Counted from the first letter of the whole stretch, positions 29,494 through 41,148 are shown. The stretch: DNA of 63,919 bases, filler included, from an uncultured Methanosarcinales archaeon (GCA_964398115.1; 16 parts of 16 records of this genome joined end to end with filler, not necessarily neighbours in it), one strand, 5' to 3'. A program made the numbers and translations. The notes: a model not told the origin generated them from the letters alone.

Positions 29494-30238
29494 TTACCAT
29501 CCGGGGTCTTCATCATAAATCTTAATATTGTCCAGTAGAAGGTGGTCGGTTCATCGTAGCCGTTGTTAGACCACTCCATCAGGCGGATTATGTCAAAATA
29601 ATTCGGAGCATCCGTTGAGATTTTCTGAGTTGGAACTAAATAATTTCTCTCCATCACTCCAAAACTATATTGTCGCGTCTTGAGATCCCGGAGTACCGAG
29701 TTTAACATGAAAACATACATGCTTCCACTTTTCATAGTCCTCTTGAGTTATGAACGGATCTGCCAACGTGGGCTGTGTCAATCCACAGTCGCCTTTCTTT
29801 TGAAGCATTGTCTGCAGATTGCTGGAGATGTCATTAATCCTCCATAGGCGCTTGGCACTATCAAAAGATCTGGATCGCTTCTAGGCTCTGTTACTAACTG
29901 GAAAAAATTATTGTTGGTAGGAAAATCATCTCTATGATTGTAGTTGTTCGGGACGTAGAAGTCATACTCCACCCAAACCTCTTCTAGCTGGATTGGAAAA
30001 GCCAAGTCTGCTCCACCGTGCGAATCTTCTCCTGACGCGTCGGGTCCGTAAGTGAGTTGCAAAGTATAGCTTCCATCTCTTGGATTTTCAGCCACTACAC
30101 CACCGCTGAAAGCACCTTTCCAAGAATAACCATTCTGCGACTTGCTCAAATCACTACTCTTAAAACCATCCTCAAAAACAAAAGTATCAGACTAAGCATG
30201 AACTACAGACAAAGAAAGCACAAAATAAACTCTTTCAT
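29494..30238 (-). pseudogene. Degraded paralog of the polysaccharide-lyase-like domain of the neighbouring protein
   Basis: Fragments in different frames (FEDGF..QNGYSWKG; QLEEVWVEYDFYVPNNYNHR..PTNN; WSNNGYDEPTTFY; DPGW*) match the neighbouring protein. In-frame TAG and frameshifts are present. Confidence 0.75.
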
Positions 30239-30279
30239 AAAAAATCTTATTCAACTTTTACTATACAAACTTTTTTTCT

Positions 30280-32672
30280 TTAGTTCCCGCTTACGTAGAG
30301 ATGGTCCATATACATGTACATCGTCTCATTAACCATGATGTTCTCCACTCCTCCCCAGACGGGCAACCAACGGACGTTATCAAACTGATTATCTGAGCCG
30401 GTATCATCTACCCATTGCACATCGGTATACTCAATAACCTTTTCTCCGTTGACCCACGCGTGTGCCTCGCCATCATAGTTTATCCCTGTATTCATCTTGT
30501 AGATGAACTCGATATGATACCACTTGTCTTTGTTGATAGTCACCGACCCAACATTTTCATTCATAAGAGATCCAACATTTTGGCTTCCGCCAGGACCTTG
30601 TGCTCTTACAGCAACATGCTCTCCATCAAATCCAAAGTAACCAGGGTCTCCAGCGTTCAGATAGCTAGAATCCGTGATGTAGAATATCTTGTCGATTACA
30701 GGATGCCTTTCCCAATTTGGTGAAAGCTTTATCCAGAACTCAACATATACGGTGCTGTGCTGGCCATCAACCCCACCACGGAACACTCCAGGCGCAGCAC
30801 CATCTCCAAACCCTGCCGGAAAGGTCATACGAGCAATGTTTAGAGGGCTCTGCGGAGCGGTAGAGTCCTCGATAATGTCGATGTTCTTAGGATCCTCGGC
30901 AGGAGTCTCCCAATCATCCCCCGAAGCACTGCCATCAGTAGTATCGAAATGATTTACATACGAGGTTGTCATGCCAGAGGGTTCGTTCGGATGTAAATTA
31001 CCAGAATTATCTGAAGTCTTATCCCAACCTGGATTTTTATCATATAGTTTTATGTCATCGAAGTAAAAGCTGGTGTTCTCATCAAATCCGCTGTTCGACC
31101 ATCCCCAGAAGCGCATTTTATCAAACCAGTTATAACCCGATTCCGACACGAACTCTCCCTGTGTTTGAGGCCCAGAATATACTAGTTCACCATTTTTCCA
31201 CAACTCTACCACTTCGTCTCCAGCTCCTACTGACGATTCGGAGCGGACATGCCACTGGATTTTCATCCATTCACCCGTGTCATTTGACCCAATAAATCTT
31301 TGCGATAATTCGGTGTGAGGAGTGAAAGTATTGTCCGATTCCTCAGTTTTCAAGTTCAAGCTTGAAGAGCCATCACCATTAGACCATAATGTTCCCATTC
31401 CACGCACACGATCAGTGAAATCACTTCTGTGAAAGTTCCAGAACTGGAAGAACTTATTATTGGTGGGACCATTCTGACTTCTGTGATGATAATTCTCGGG
31501 TACGTATATCCAGTATTCAATCCAAAACTCATCCAGTTGAACGCAAGAGTCGCAGATACTCCCGCCATCACCTGGTGCCGTATTAGACCTGCCGACCGCA
31601 CCCATATCCATTTGGGCCACAGCGTCTTCTCCATCAGCTTTCCCCGGAAATTGCAGTCGAAGAGAATAAGAACCGGAATGCGCCCGTTCTGATACAACTT
31701 CATTATTGACGCCACCTTTCCACTCCCAGCCGTTCTCCTGATGAGAAGTATCTCTAGATTCGAAACCGTCTTGGAAGAGAAGTCCAGAAGCATTAGAACT
31801 TTCTATAGTTTCTGATGTTTGTGTAGGGTCATCCGTGCTGTCATTATTTCGTGTTGCTCCTTCTTCTAAAGGCGTGTTCATGACAGTTTGCACTTCACTC
31901 TCACTCAACGCCCTATCATAAATTTGGACTTCATCTATCATGCCATCCCAGAATTCGAAACTGTTCCTATTAGCACCAACTTTGAAAACCTTAAACTCAC
32001 CAGTCCAAGCCGGACTAGCAGAATTCTGCAACACACCATCTTGATACGTCCTGACAGTATCACCGTCGAACGTGACAGCCAAGTGCGTCCAACCCGTACT
32101 TATCTGTCCAAGACAAGTGCTCAATCCAGTCCCATCTCGAGTATTACCCCAGACTCTATAGTTCCCATCACAACCACCCTCACCACCAACGTCAATCTGG
32201 AAAGTATCGGCGTCCCCTCCCGCGTCTGCGCTGGCAAACATGCCTACAAACTGACTCATACTCGTAGAGTCAGGCCTCACCCACAACGCCACAGTAAAAG
32301 AAGAATTCCGATTATGTACATCTCGGAAAAGATAATCATCACTACCATCAAACCTTAATCCCTTCCCGTACTTTCCTGTCTCGTATACCGGACCGTTAAT
32401 CTGTAGGTCTTGACCGTTACCACTCACATCCACCGCCGTAGATCCCTCCTGCTCAAAACCGTATGCAGCGGTCAAACCACTTGGCAACTCTCCATCGGTG
32501 ACCGGAGACGTGGCTGAAGTAGGTGCCCGACTCCCGACAATCACTTGCACAACGCTTATGAGGTCAAATACGTTTACTTCACCGTCACCGTTCATATCGT
32601 AACCCGAGTCACTGCCTCCGATGTTCCGAGCCACCTCTACCAGGTCGAAAATATTCACCGTGCCATCTTCAT
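30280..32672 (-). CDS. Extracellular protein: dockerin-like EF-hand repeats, LamG domain and two polysaccharide-lyase-like jelly-roll domains (5'-truncated)
   Basis: DMNGDGEVNVFDL; FTVALWVRP..WTHLAVTFDG..GMIDEVQIYDRALS; two repeats ending FYFDDI and MYMDHLYVS. Confidence 0.75.
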
Positions 32673-32772
32673 NNNNNNNNNNNNNNNNNNNNNNNNNNNN
32701 NNNNNNNNNNNNNNNNTTAATTAATTAANNNNNNNNNNNNNNNNNNNNNNNNNNNNNNNNNNNNNNNNNNNN

Positions 32773-32915
32773 AGAACGTCGTCGTCTTTCTCTACCTTTT
32801 CCTTTATGGCTTCGGCTAGATAATCGTTTAAGGTTGTGCCTTTCAGAACAGAAATGACTTTCGCTTTGGTGTGCACATCTTCATCTATTCCTACGTTTAC
32901 TCTCTTTTCACTCAT
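32773..32915 (-). CDS. Small ribbon-helix-helix protein
   Basis: KRVNVGIDEDVHTKAKVISVLKGTTLNDYLAEAI. Confidence 0.7.
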
Positions 32916-33156
32916 CAGTTGTCTCCATCTTTGTCGTAGTCTCTGATGGGCGATTGCCCGGTTCGCTTGTCGAAACTAGTATTTGTGCGTGTGCACCTAA
33001 CGGTTATAAGCTAACTTATCATATAAATATCTTTCTATTAAAATTAGAAAAATATTTCTATAATAAAAATATTTTTATAATGGAAATTAAAGAAATTAAA
33101 ATAATATTTTCAAGAAAAGGGTGAAATATAAAAGATAGAGAAAAAACAGCCAAAAC

Positions 33157-34185
33157 ATGGAAGAACTAGTAATAGCATCCGATATACACATAGCAAAAGC
33201 ATGGGATGAAAGATCACAAAAAGATAACCCTGCAAACCCAAACCAAGAATTAAGAAATTTTCTCAAAAAAATACCAAAGAATCAAACAATCATAATAAAC
33301 GGCGACGTAATAGAATACTATTACACTTCAAAAGAAGAAAAAGAAACAAACTGGCAACTATTCCAATCAATAATAAAAAAACACAACCACGACTACATAC
33401 TAAATCTCGGAAACCACGAATACTGGACTCATCCATACTCACTATCATTTTGGGATACAAACCATAAAAGAAACTCAAAAACTTCTATAGAAAACCTGAA
33501 AAATATTAGCAAAAAATTCGAATCAAAATTTCCTAATATAAGTAAACAACTCTACGATCCAGAAAATCATTATCCCTTTCCACAACACCACTACCTTTCT
33601 AAAAATAAAACAGAACTTATATTTCTAGACACGGGACCAGACGCGTATGTCCAAAAAGAAACAATAACTAATCCAAAAATTTGGAGAAACCTACTCCCTC
33701 GCTTTTTACCAACTCGAGGAGTAGACAATCAGGGGCTTAGATTGTTGAAAGAAAGATTGAAAAAATCAAATTGCCAAAACATTCTACTCTTCCTACACTG
33801 CCCTCCGTTTTTCACAAAAAGTAAATCTTCTAAGATAAAGTTAAACAAGAAATCCTATAATAAATCGATGAAGAAATTTCACAAAAAGGGATTCGGCTAC
33901 TGCACCTTCCTAAAAAACAACTGGAACATAATACAAGAATTAAACAAGACAAGAAAAAACGTTATAGTATTTACAGGCCACACACATCAAAGCGCACAAT
34001 TCATGATGAAAGACGAATATATCACAAGCGTAGACATACAAACAATAAACAACAACTTAGAAAACGAGAAATATGTAAAATTCGTAAGCACCCTCCCTCT
34101 AGGGCTTACAAGAGGAAAGAAAAAGCAACTTGGATACTTAAAGCTAAAAGATCAATTAGAACACGTGAAAACAAAAGAATTATGA
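33157..34185 (+). CDS. Calcineurin-like metallophosphoesterase
   Basis: SDIH, NGDV, LGNHE, FLHCPP and FTGHTH. Confidence 0.85.
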   Translation: MEELVIASDIHIAKAWDERSQKDNPANPNQELRNFLKKIPKNQTIIINGDVIEYYYTSKEEKETNWQLFQSIIKKHNHDYILNLGNHEYWTHPYSLSFWDTNHKRNSKTSIENLKNISKKFESKFPNISKQLYDPENHYPFPQHHYLSKNKTELIFLDTGPDAYVQKETITNPKIWRNLLPRFLPTRGVDNQGLRLLKERLKKSNCQNILLFLHCPPFFTKSKSSKIKLNKKSYNKSMKKFHKKGFGYCTFLKNNWNIIQELNKTRKNVIVFTGHTHQSAQFMMKDEYITSVDIQTINNNLENEKYVKFVSTLPLGLTRGKKKQLGYLKLKDQLEHVKTKEL

Positions 34186-36162
34186 ATCTTCAGAATCTTC
34201 TTCATCTTCACCATCCTCCTCTTCTTCCGGCTCAGAACTCCAACCCTGCTCGATCTTATCCAACTGATCATAAAGATTTTGTTTCTCCTCATACTGCTCA
34301 TACAAATACTTCAAACGCTTATAGATAGTCTTCAACTCTTCATACTCACCAGCCAACTCTCTAAAGTGAGGGTCATTCTCCAACTCATATATTTGTTGAC
34401 ACAAATCACGCTCTAACTCATAAGGAGTCTGATTATCAGCATATTCAATATACAACTCAACCATATCCTTGTATATCTTCTTAAACTGAGGGAATTCATC
34501 TAACTTATCTCTAAATCCTTTATGATGCAACATATCCTTCATCTTCTCAGCTAACTCTCTTTCCATCTCCTCCAACTGTGTATTCTCTAACTCAATCAAT
34601 TTCATGATCTGCCGATAATGAGTATCGCTCAATTTACGCAATTTCTTAATCCGCTCCTCCTCACTATACTCCCACGACTTCAAACCATAATAAATGAGGA
34701 AAGGTGAACCTACAATTAAAATGATTAACCACCAAAGATTCTGGAATCCACTCTCACAGAGGAAGAAGAAATAATAGTACAAATACAATATTATCGAAAT
34801 AACCCCGAGGACTAATGTGAAGAGCCAGAACTTTCTCTTCTCACTAAACTTCTTTTTCAACATCTCCAGTTCTTTATCTTCAGGTAATTCCTCATCATCC
34901 TCTAAACCTTTCTTAATATCCTCTTCAATCTCGTTAAGGTTATTCCAAGTATGGTATCCTTTTCCAAACAATGCAAGTAAAACAATTATGAAGAAGCCAA
35001 TTGATTTATTATCAACTGGGTTCACATTTTTCTCACAAACAAAAAGAGGAGGCATAGAGGGTTGAGGTTGTTCTTCTTCAGGACAAGAAGCATTACAAGA
35101 ACCTCCACAATCCACACCTTCTTCATCACAAGTTTGCATACCGTCATTACAGAAGATTTCAGGATCTTCACACGCCATAACTCTGCAGACATTATCGACA
35201 CAATAATTAGTGGTGCAATCATCATTCTGCTCACAACTCTCACCTTGTTCGCAAGGTGGACAATTACCTCCACAATCCACGTCAGTCTCAATACCATTTT
35301 GTACGCCATCATTACAAGTAGGTATGTAATCGCACTCTCGACTTTCAGGAGGCTTAGTGCTGTTAGTTCCACAAGAATTCAAGTCAGTACAAGTTCGACT
35401 TTGAGTTCCATTAATAGTGCATTCTTGCCATTCAGTACAATTCCAGTTTTCTTCACATTCTTCAGTAGGTTGTTCCGTGATTGCACCAGCAGCTCCACCT
35501 CCTCCACCCCCTGCTCCGCCGCCGCCTCCGCCTCCCCCGCCACCAGTGCTCGTCGTGTCTTGATCCTGTTGAGGAGCTTCTCCACTCACATTACCACCCG
35601 TTGCGTTTCCAGAGTCACAATCTTCAGGACACGAAACTGAATCTTCAAAATGACGATCACAGAAATCATCTCCACAAAAGGGTTTAGGAGTAGAAATGTT
35701 TACGTTTAGAAATGATCCTTCATGCCATTCAGCTGAACTCCAAGCTTCAGCAGGTTCACCGTTTATTTCAAATTTTAAGTTTTCTCCCTCAACGGCACCT
35801 TCATCCTCCGATGTTTCAGAGTCATCTCCAGCGCAAGTTAGTAACCCATAAACTCCTTTATTTTGAACAGTAAAGCTACCACAAGTATTGTTGGATTGGT
35901 CCATTACTGTTATGATATCACCGCTGGTAACGTTATCATTTTCTATGAAGGCGTGTCCATAAATTTCGGTAGATAGAGGTGGATAAGCGGCAGCGCTTTG
36001 TATAAATGCCAAGATGAACAAGAGCATAGTTACTAAGGCAAGAAACATTATAAGTAAAGCTGTAAATTCGAAGTCTTTACGGATTATCTTAGCCCAATTT
36101 ATCCCGTCTTCTTTTTTTACCTCATCCCATCTATCTTTTAATCTCTTCAATCTACCACCCAT
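34180..36162 (-). CDS. Cys-rich multi-pass surface protein
   Basis: CGDDFCD..CPEDC, a poly-Gly linker, WNCTEWQEC..GTQSRTCTDLNSCGT and two copies of CNDG.Q..E..VDCGG.C. C-terminal TM helices and an acidic helical domain. Confidence 0.78.
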   Translation of the reverse strand: MGGRLKRLKDRWDEVKKEDGINWAKIIRKDFEFTALLIMFLALVTMLLFILAFIQSAAAYPPLSTEIYGHAFIENDNVTSGDIITVMDQSNNTCGSFTVQNKGVYGLLTCAGDDSETSEDEGAVEGENLKFEINGEPAEAWSSAEWHEGSFLNVNISTPKPFCGDDFCDRHFEDSVSCPEDCDSGNATGGNVSGEAPQQDQDTTSTGGGGGGGGGGAGGGGGGAAGAITEQPTEECEENWNCTEWQECTINGTQSRTCTDLNSCGTNSTKPPESRECDYIPTCNDGVQNGIETDVDCGGNCPPCEQGESCEQNDDCTTNYCVDNVCRVMACEDPEIFCNDGMQTCDEEGVDCGGSCNASCPEEEQPQPSMPPLFVCEKNVNPVDNKSIGFFIIVLLALFGKGYHTWNNLNEIEEDIKKGLEDDEELPEDKELEMLKKKFSEKRKFWLFTLVLGVISIILYLYYYFFFLCESGFQNLWWLIILIVGSPFLIYYGLKSWEYSEEERIKKLRKLSDTHYRQIMKLIELENTQLEEMERELAEKMKDMLHHKGFRDKLDEFPQFKKIYKDMVELYIEYADNQTPYELERDLCQQIYELENDPHFRELAGEYEELKTIYKRLKYLYEQYEEKQNLYDQLDKIEQGWSSEPEEEEDGEDEEDSEDS

Positions 36163-36172
36163 GTCGTACTAT

Positions 36173-36423
36173 TAGTTGCGTTAATCCAGTAACCTCTATA
36201 TGGCCTTGTTTTTTCTAGGTCACCACCTTGTCCAACTACGAAAGTTTTGAAATCTTTACTGGTGCTATTGAAACCCACTACTTTGGTGTAACTTCCATTT
36301 ATAGAATCAAATGTTTGCGGTATTGATTCTGATTCGTTATCAGGATAGCCAACTAGATTGTATCCCGGGTTTAAATCTATCTCAGTCTGCGATGGTAAAG
36401 GTGATTCTTTGTAGAATACTTCA
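36173..36423 (-). CDS. Fragment of a surface protein
   Basis: IDLNPGYNLVGYP repeat-type motif. Truncated at the contig end, and the frame is uncertain at both ends. Confidence 0.45.
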
Positions 36424-36523
36424 NNNNNNNNNNNNNNNNNNNNNNNNNNNNNNNNNNNNNNNNNNNNTTAATTAATTAANNNNNNNNNNNNNNNNNNNNN
36501 NNNNNNNNNNNNNNNNNNNNNNN

Positions 36524-36963
36524 AAAGAAAAACAAACCTATCAATCGGAACAGTAACAAAATACGCCAAAAGACTAGCAGAAAAAAACCTAGCAAACATA
36601 GAAAAAATAGGCAATTCAAATGTGGTAAAAGCAAACACAGAAAACAAAGAATACACAAAAATGAAAAGAATACACAACCTCACAAAAATACAAGAAAGCA
36701 AACTCGCAGAACACCTAAAAAAAGAGCTACGACCCGACGCTATAATACTATTCGGAAGCTACTCAGAAGGAACAGACACAGAAAAAAGTGATATAGACAT
36801 TGCAATTATGAACGGAAGAAAAAAACAACCCAGCCTAACAAAATTCGAAGAAAAACTAAACAGAAAAATAAACATTACACGAGTAGAAAAGCCAAAAAAA
36901 GAATTTCTCAACACACTCGCCAACGGGATAGTCCTAGACGGCTATCTAGAAATAACCCGATGA
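36524..36963 (+). CDS. MNT antitoxin (minimal nucleotidyltransferase) with N-terminal HTH, 5'-truncated
   Basis: IILFGSYSEGTDTEKSDIDIAI. Confidence 0.88.
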
Positions 36964-37379
36964 ACGAATTCGACACTTACCTAGAATCCGGAAAAATAAG
37001 AAAGAAAAAACCCGACAAAGGCAAATCCCAAGGACTAATACAAAACGCCAAAGAAGACCTGAAAATACTGCAAGACATAGAACTGAGCGAAGAAACAACA
37101 TCCTTCATCTTCAAAAACACATACAACTGCATCCGAACAGCACTACAATCATATCTGGCAAGAGACGGCTACAAGCCATACACACACGAATCCATAATAA
37201 TCTATGCAAAGAAGATAAATGAGTTAAGTGAAAAACAAGCTAATAAAATAGACAAATACAGAGAACTCAGAAACGACATAGAATACAGAGGAGATACCGC
37301 AGAAGAAAAAGAAACAGAAGAAATACTCGAATTCGCAGAAAAAATCATAGACAAAGTTGAAGAAAAAATCAACGACTAA
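36960..37379 (+). CDS. HEPN-domain toxin
   Basis: YRELRNDIEYRG (Rx4-Y HEPN variant) and THES. ATGA overlap with the MNT gene. Confidence 0.8.
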   Translation: MNEFDTYLESGKIRKKKPDKGKSQGLIQNAKEDLKILQDIELSEETTSFIFKNTYNCIRTALQSYLARDGYKPYTHESIIIYAKKINELSEKQANKIDKYRELRNDIEYRGDTAEEKETEEILEFAEKIIDKVEEKIND

Positions 37380-38678
37380 CTACCTACCAACACCCTGATA
37401 CTTGAAACCCTCTTCTTCCATCTCTTCAGGATCGTAAACGTTCCGCCCATCAATCACAACAGATTTGTTCATCAAACTTTTCATCTTGTCAAAGTCTACA
37501 CCGCTGAACTCACTCCACTCAGTACATATTATTAGGCCGTCAGCGTCTTGCAAAGCTTCATACTTATCATCCGCATATTCAATATCAGGAAATTCTTCAC
37601 TGAACTCCTCTACAGCTTTCGGATCAAACCCTACAACTTCAGCGTATTCATCCTGTAATTGCTTAACCACAGCCTTAGCAGGTGCGTTTCTCGTATCACT
37701 CGTTCCCGGCTTGAAAGACAACCCCCAAACCGCTATTTTCTTACCCTCTAAATCTGAGATGAAATCTTGAAGCTTAGGCACCAAACTCTTTTTCTGCCTC
37801 TCATTAATGTAATCCACAGCTCTCAACAGGTTTGACGGATGACCGTGTTTCTCCAAAGTGTAAGACAACGCTTTCACATCTTTTGGAAAGCACGAACCTC
37901 CATACCCAGCTCCTGCTCGTAAGAAATGAGGACCTATTCTTTCATCCAAACCCATTCCTTTAGCTACTTCATTCACATCCGCCCCTACGTCTTCACACAA
38001 GTGACTGATTTCATTTACGAAACTTATCCTTGTGGCAAGCATAACGTTAGAAGCGTATTTTATCATCTCCGCCGTTGGAATGTTAGTAACCAGCACGGGC
38101 TTGTCATCCTTTTCAACAAAACGGTACAACTTCTTCATAACTTTCTCCGCTCTTTCATCCTCTACTCCTATAACGACACGATCAGGGTTTTGAAAATCTT
38201 GCACGGCTTTACCCTCTCGCAAAAATTCAGGATTAGAAACCATGGAAACGTTGTAATCCTCATCCATATTCTTTTCAATCTTGCGCTTAATCTTCCTATT
38301 AGCCCCAACGGGAACCGTGCTCTTCACAACAACAACTTTGTCATCATCAATGTAATTACCAATATCTTCAGCCGCGCTCATAACGTAAGTTAAATCTGCA
38401 GATCCATTATGATTTTGAGGAGTTCCAACACATATGAATATAACATCAGATTTTCTTACGCCTTCCTTAGAATTGGTGGTGAATTCAATCCTACCCTCCT
38501 CCTGGTTTTGTTCAACAAGTTCTTCTAACCCTGGTTCGTAGAAAGGCACTTCCCCCTTTTTGAGCTTCTTTACCTTTTCTTCATCAATATCTACACAAGT
38601 TAATTCATGATCTAAATCTGCAAAGCAAGCACCTGTTACTAAACCCACATAACCCGTTCCTACCACTGTTATTTTCAT
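37380..38678 (-). CDS. ugd: UDP-glucose 6-dehydrogenase
   Basis: GTGYVGL, VKSTVPVG, SNPEFLREG and GYGGSCFPKD. Confidence 0.93.
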   Translation of the reverse strand: MKITVVGTGYVGLVTGACFADLDHELTCVDIDEEKVKKLKKGEVPFYEPGLEELVEQNQEEGRIEFTTNSKEGVRKSDVIFICVGTPQNHNGSADLTYVMSAAEDIGNYIDDDKVVVVKSTVPVGANRKIKRKIEKNMDEDYNVSMVSNPEFLREGKAVQDFQNPDRVVIGVEDERAEKVMKKLYRFVEKDDKPVLVTNIPTAEMIKYASNVMLATRISFVNEISHLCEDVGADVNEVAKGMGLDERIGPHFLRAGAGYGGSCFPKDVKALSYTLEKHGHPSNLLRAVDYINERQKKSLVPKLQDFISDLEGKKIAVWGLSFKPGTSDTRNAPAKAVVKQLQDEYAEVVGFDPKAVEEFSEEFPDIEYADDKYEALQDADGLIICTEWSEFSGVDFDKMKSLMNKSVVIDGRNVYDPEEMEEEGFKYQGVGR

Positions 38679-38715
38679 CGTGTAAGAAAACCAAACTTAA
38701 ACTTGTCTTATAAAC

Positions 38716-39648
38716 CTACTGGAAATCTTGTTCAAACCATTCAACCGTTTTTTTCAAACCTTGTTTAAAACTAACCTTTTCTTCATAATCTAAAATGTTC
38801 TTAGCCTTTTTGGGATTCGCGTGGCTGTGCCTGATATCACCTGGTCGTGGATCATCATGAACCGGTTCGATATTTTTATCAAACACGTCGTTTATATCTT
38901 CCGCCAATTCATTTATGGTTATGGGATTGCCATTAGCCAAGTTTATTACTTCACCCGGAGCGTCTTCAGCAGTACACGCTTTCAAGTTGCCTTCAACCAC
39001 GTTCTTCACATATGTAAAGTCGCGCGTTTGTTCTCCATCACCAAATATGGTAGGTCTTTCATCGTTGGCTATCGCTTTAATGAATAAAGGAATAACCGCT
39101 GCGTACTCTGCATTTGGATCTTGTCGAGGTCCAAAAACGTTGAAATATCTGAGACACACAGTTTCTAAACCATGAAGTTCATAGTATAGCTGCATGTACT
39201 TTTCACACGTCCTCTTAGTAATGGCATAAGGACTGATCTGATCTCCCTCTTCACCTTCAGTCCAAGGCACGTCAGCGTTTCCATAAACACTACTGGAACT
39301 GGCGAATACAACTCTCTTAACATCATTTTCTTTCGCCGCTTCCAAAACGTTCACCGTGCCGCTAATGTTTACATCATTGTATAGAACAGGTTGTTCTAGA
39401 CTGCGAGGGACGCTTCCAATAGCTGCCTGATGCAATACGTAGTCAACATCTTCAAACAGTTCCATTAGCAAGTCTTGATCTCGGATATCTCCTTTTACAA
39501 ATTCTATATCACTCATAAAGGGTTCTAAATTTTCTTTTTTACCAGCAAACAAGTTATCGATAACTAAGACAGCTTCTCCTCTATCAACGAGTTCTTCAAC
39601 AATATTGCTACCTATAAAGCCGGCGCCACCTGTAACTGCAAATTTCAT
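38716..39648 (-). CDS. NAD-dependent sugar epimerase (WbpP/GalE-like)
   Basis: TGGAGFIGS, YAITK, LRYFNVFGPRQDP and GDGEQTRDFTYV. Confidence 0.92.
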   Translation of the reverse strand: MKFAVTGGAGFIGSNIVEELVDRGEAVLVIDNLFAGKKENLEPFMSDIEFVKGDIRDQDLLMELFEDVDYVLHQAAIGSVPRSLEQPVLYNDVNISGTVNVLEAAKENDVKRVVFASSSSVYGNADVPWTEGEEGDQISPYAITKRTCEKYMQLYYELHGLETVCLRYFNVFGPRQDPNAEYAAVIPLFIKAIANDERPTIFGDGEQTRDFTYVKNVVEGNLKACTAEDAPGEVINLANGNPITINELAEDINDVFDKNIEPVHDDPRPGDIRHSHANPKKAKNILDYEEKVSFKQGLKKTVEWFEQDFQ

Positions 39649-39734
39649 ACTTAAAAAGAATAAAGCGTGAGTTTTTAACTCTTTTTATAAAATATCCGAT
39701 AAATATAAAATAAAAAGTTGTTTAGCCAGAAAGT

Positions 39735-40022
39735 ATGGAAGACACTATAGGCGTTGTGGGTTTAGGATATGTTGGTCTAAGGCTAGCAACCAAACTCGCC
39801 GACACATATCCTGTCAAAGGATATGATATAAACGAAAAGAAAATCAAGGAATTAAAGAATGGTGTTGACAAAAGCGGTGAAGTCACCAGAGAAGAATTAA
39901 AGAAGGACCGTCTAGAATTCTGTAAGAAACCAAGTTGTTTAGAAGAATGCAATTTCATAATTGTTTGTGTACCCACCCCAGTTGATGAGAGTAAGAATCC
40001 TGATCTTTCGATATTGAAAAAC
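39735..40022 (+). CDS. Nucleotide-sugar dehydrogenase (WbpO/TviB-like), N-terminus
   Basis: VVGLGYVGL and IVCVPTPVDESKNPDL. Confidence 0.85.
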
Positions 40023-40122
40023 NNNNNNNNNNNNNNNNNNNNNNNNNNNNNNNNNNNNNNNNNNNNTTAATTAATTAANNNNNNNNNNNNNNNNNNNNNN
40101 NNNNNNNNNNNNNNNNNNNNNN

Positions 40123-40536
40123 CTAGTACTCGTATTCTGCAACACCAGAAAAACAACCGACTTCATAGCCAAAAACTTGCAAAAGAACGGTATAGACGCA
40201 CAAGCAATACACGGCGGCTACTCACAACACAAAAGAAACAAAAAAATGGACAACTTCCACGGAGAACACACAGAAGTACTTGTAGCCACGGACGTAGCAG
40301 CAAGAGGACTTGACGTAGAAGGCATAAGCCACGTATACAACTACGACATACCCAGCGACCCAAAAAGCTACAGACACAGAATCGGAAGGACAGCAAGAGC
40401 AGGAGAAGAAGGAAAAGCCATCAACCTACTTGGCGAAAACGACCATCAAAACTTCCGAAGAGTAATGAGAGAAAACAACATTAAAAGAGCAGAAGTACCC
40501 AACTTCGACAGCGTACCAATCAAATGGACACACTAA
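40123..40536 (+). CDS. DEAD-box RNA helicase, C-terminal domain
   Basis: LVFCNTR, LVATDVAARGLDV and YRHRIGRTARAG. Confidence 0.92.
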   Translation, partial: LVLVFCNTRKTTDFIAKNLQKNGIDAQAIHGGYSQHKRNKKMDNFHGEHTEVLVATDVAARGLDVEGISHVYNYDIPSDPKSYRHRIGRTARAGEEGKAINLLGENDHQNFRRVMRENNIKRAEVPNFDSVPIKWTH

Positions 40537-40577
40537 AGTCCGAAACAGTTAAATACAGAATTTAATGAAAGCAATTA

Positions 40578-41060
40578 ATGAATAAAAAAATAATAGGGCA
40601 CACAATAGGCGTTATAATTCTCTCACCATTCATCCTCTTACTACTAAGCATGATACTAGAAAAACCTCTTCTACCCTCCTTTATAGGACAAGAAATATGG
40701 GAATACCTCTTCACAATAGGACTAATAGGAGGATTTATGGCAATACCATTACTCATCACCAAAGCCTTANNNNNNNNNNAAGAAAAAGCCCCTAAACCAT
40801 ATTGGACACTAGTCACAGGAGCAATATCGTTCGCATCCGCCTGGGGAACAGTAGAAATAGTCCAGACCGGCACATCTCCAGGACTCGGAGGGATTGGAGA
40901 ACTTCTATTAGGTTTCCTCCTAATAACAATCTACATAGTATTCTCAATAACCTCAATATCACTAGGAAAAATTTCACTAAAAAAATATAAACCACAAGTA
41001 TATTCCAGCTGGTTCTTAGTACTAGCAGCCTTAATAATTCAAATAATAACATTCTTCTAA
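40578..41060 (+). CDS. Hypothetical membrane protein
   Basis: About five hydrophobic helices. Contains an internal N gap. Confidence 0.6.
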   Translation: MNKKIIGHTIGVIILSPFILLLLSMILEKPLLPSFIGQEIWEYLFTIGLIGGFMAIPLLITKALXXXXEKAPKPYWTLVTGAISFASAWGTVEIVQTGTSPGLGGIGELLLGFLLITIYIVFSITSISLGKISLKKYKPQVYSSWFLVLAALIIQIITFF

Positions 41061-41065
41061 ATAAA

Positions 41066-41148
41066 CGCCGAGGCTGGGATTTGAACCCAGAATGGCATAC
41101 GCCACTGGCTTTCAAGGCCAGCGCCCTACCGGATTAGGCGACCTCGGC
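41066..41148 (-). tRNA. tRNA-Ser(TGA), no intron
   Basis: GCCGAGG/CCTCGGC acceptor stem, CTGGC-CT-TGA-AA-GCCAG anticodon arm and a long variable arm. Confidence 0.95.

Noticed and set aside
32916..33010. Leader with a GGGCGATTGCCC hairpin upstream of the RHH gene as a riboswitch
   Set aside because: Only one short hairpin, and it matches no riboswitch consensus I can recognise.
35488..35545. GC-rich CCG/CCT triplet run
   Set aside because: It encodes the poly-Gly linker of the 34180..36162 protein.
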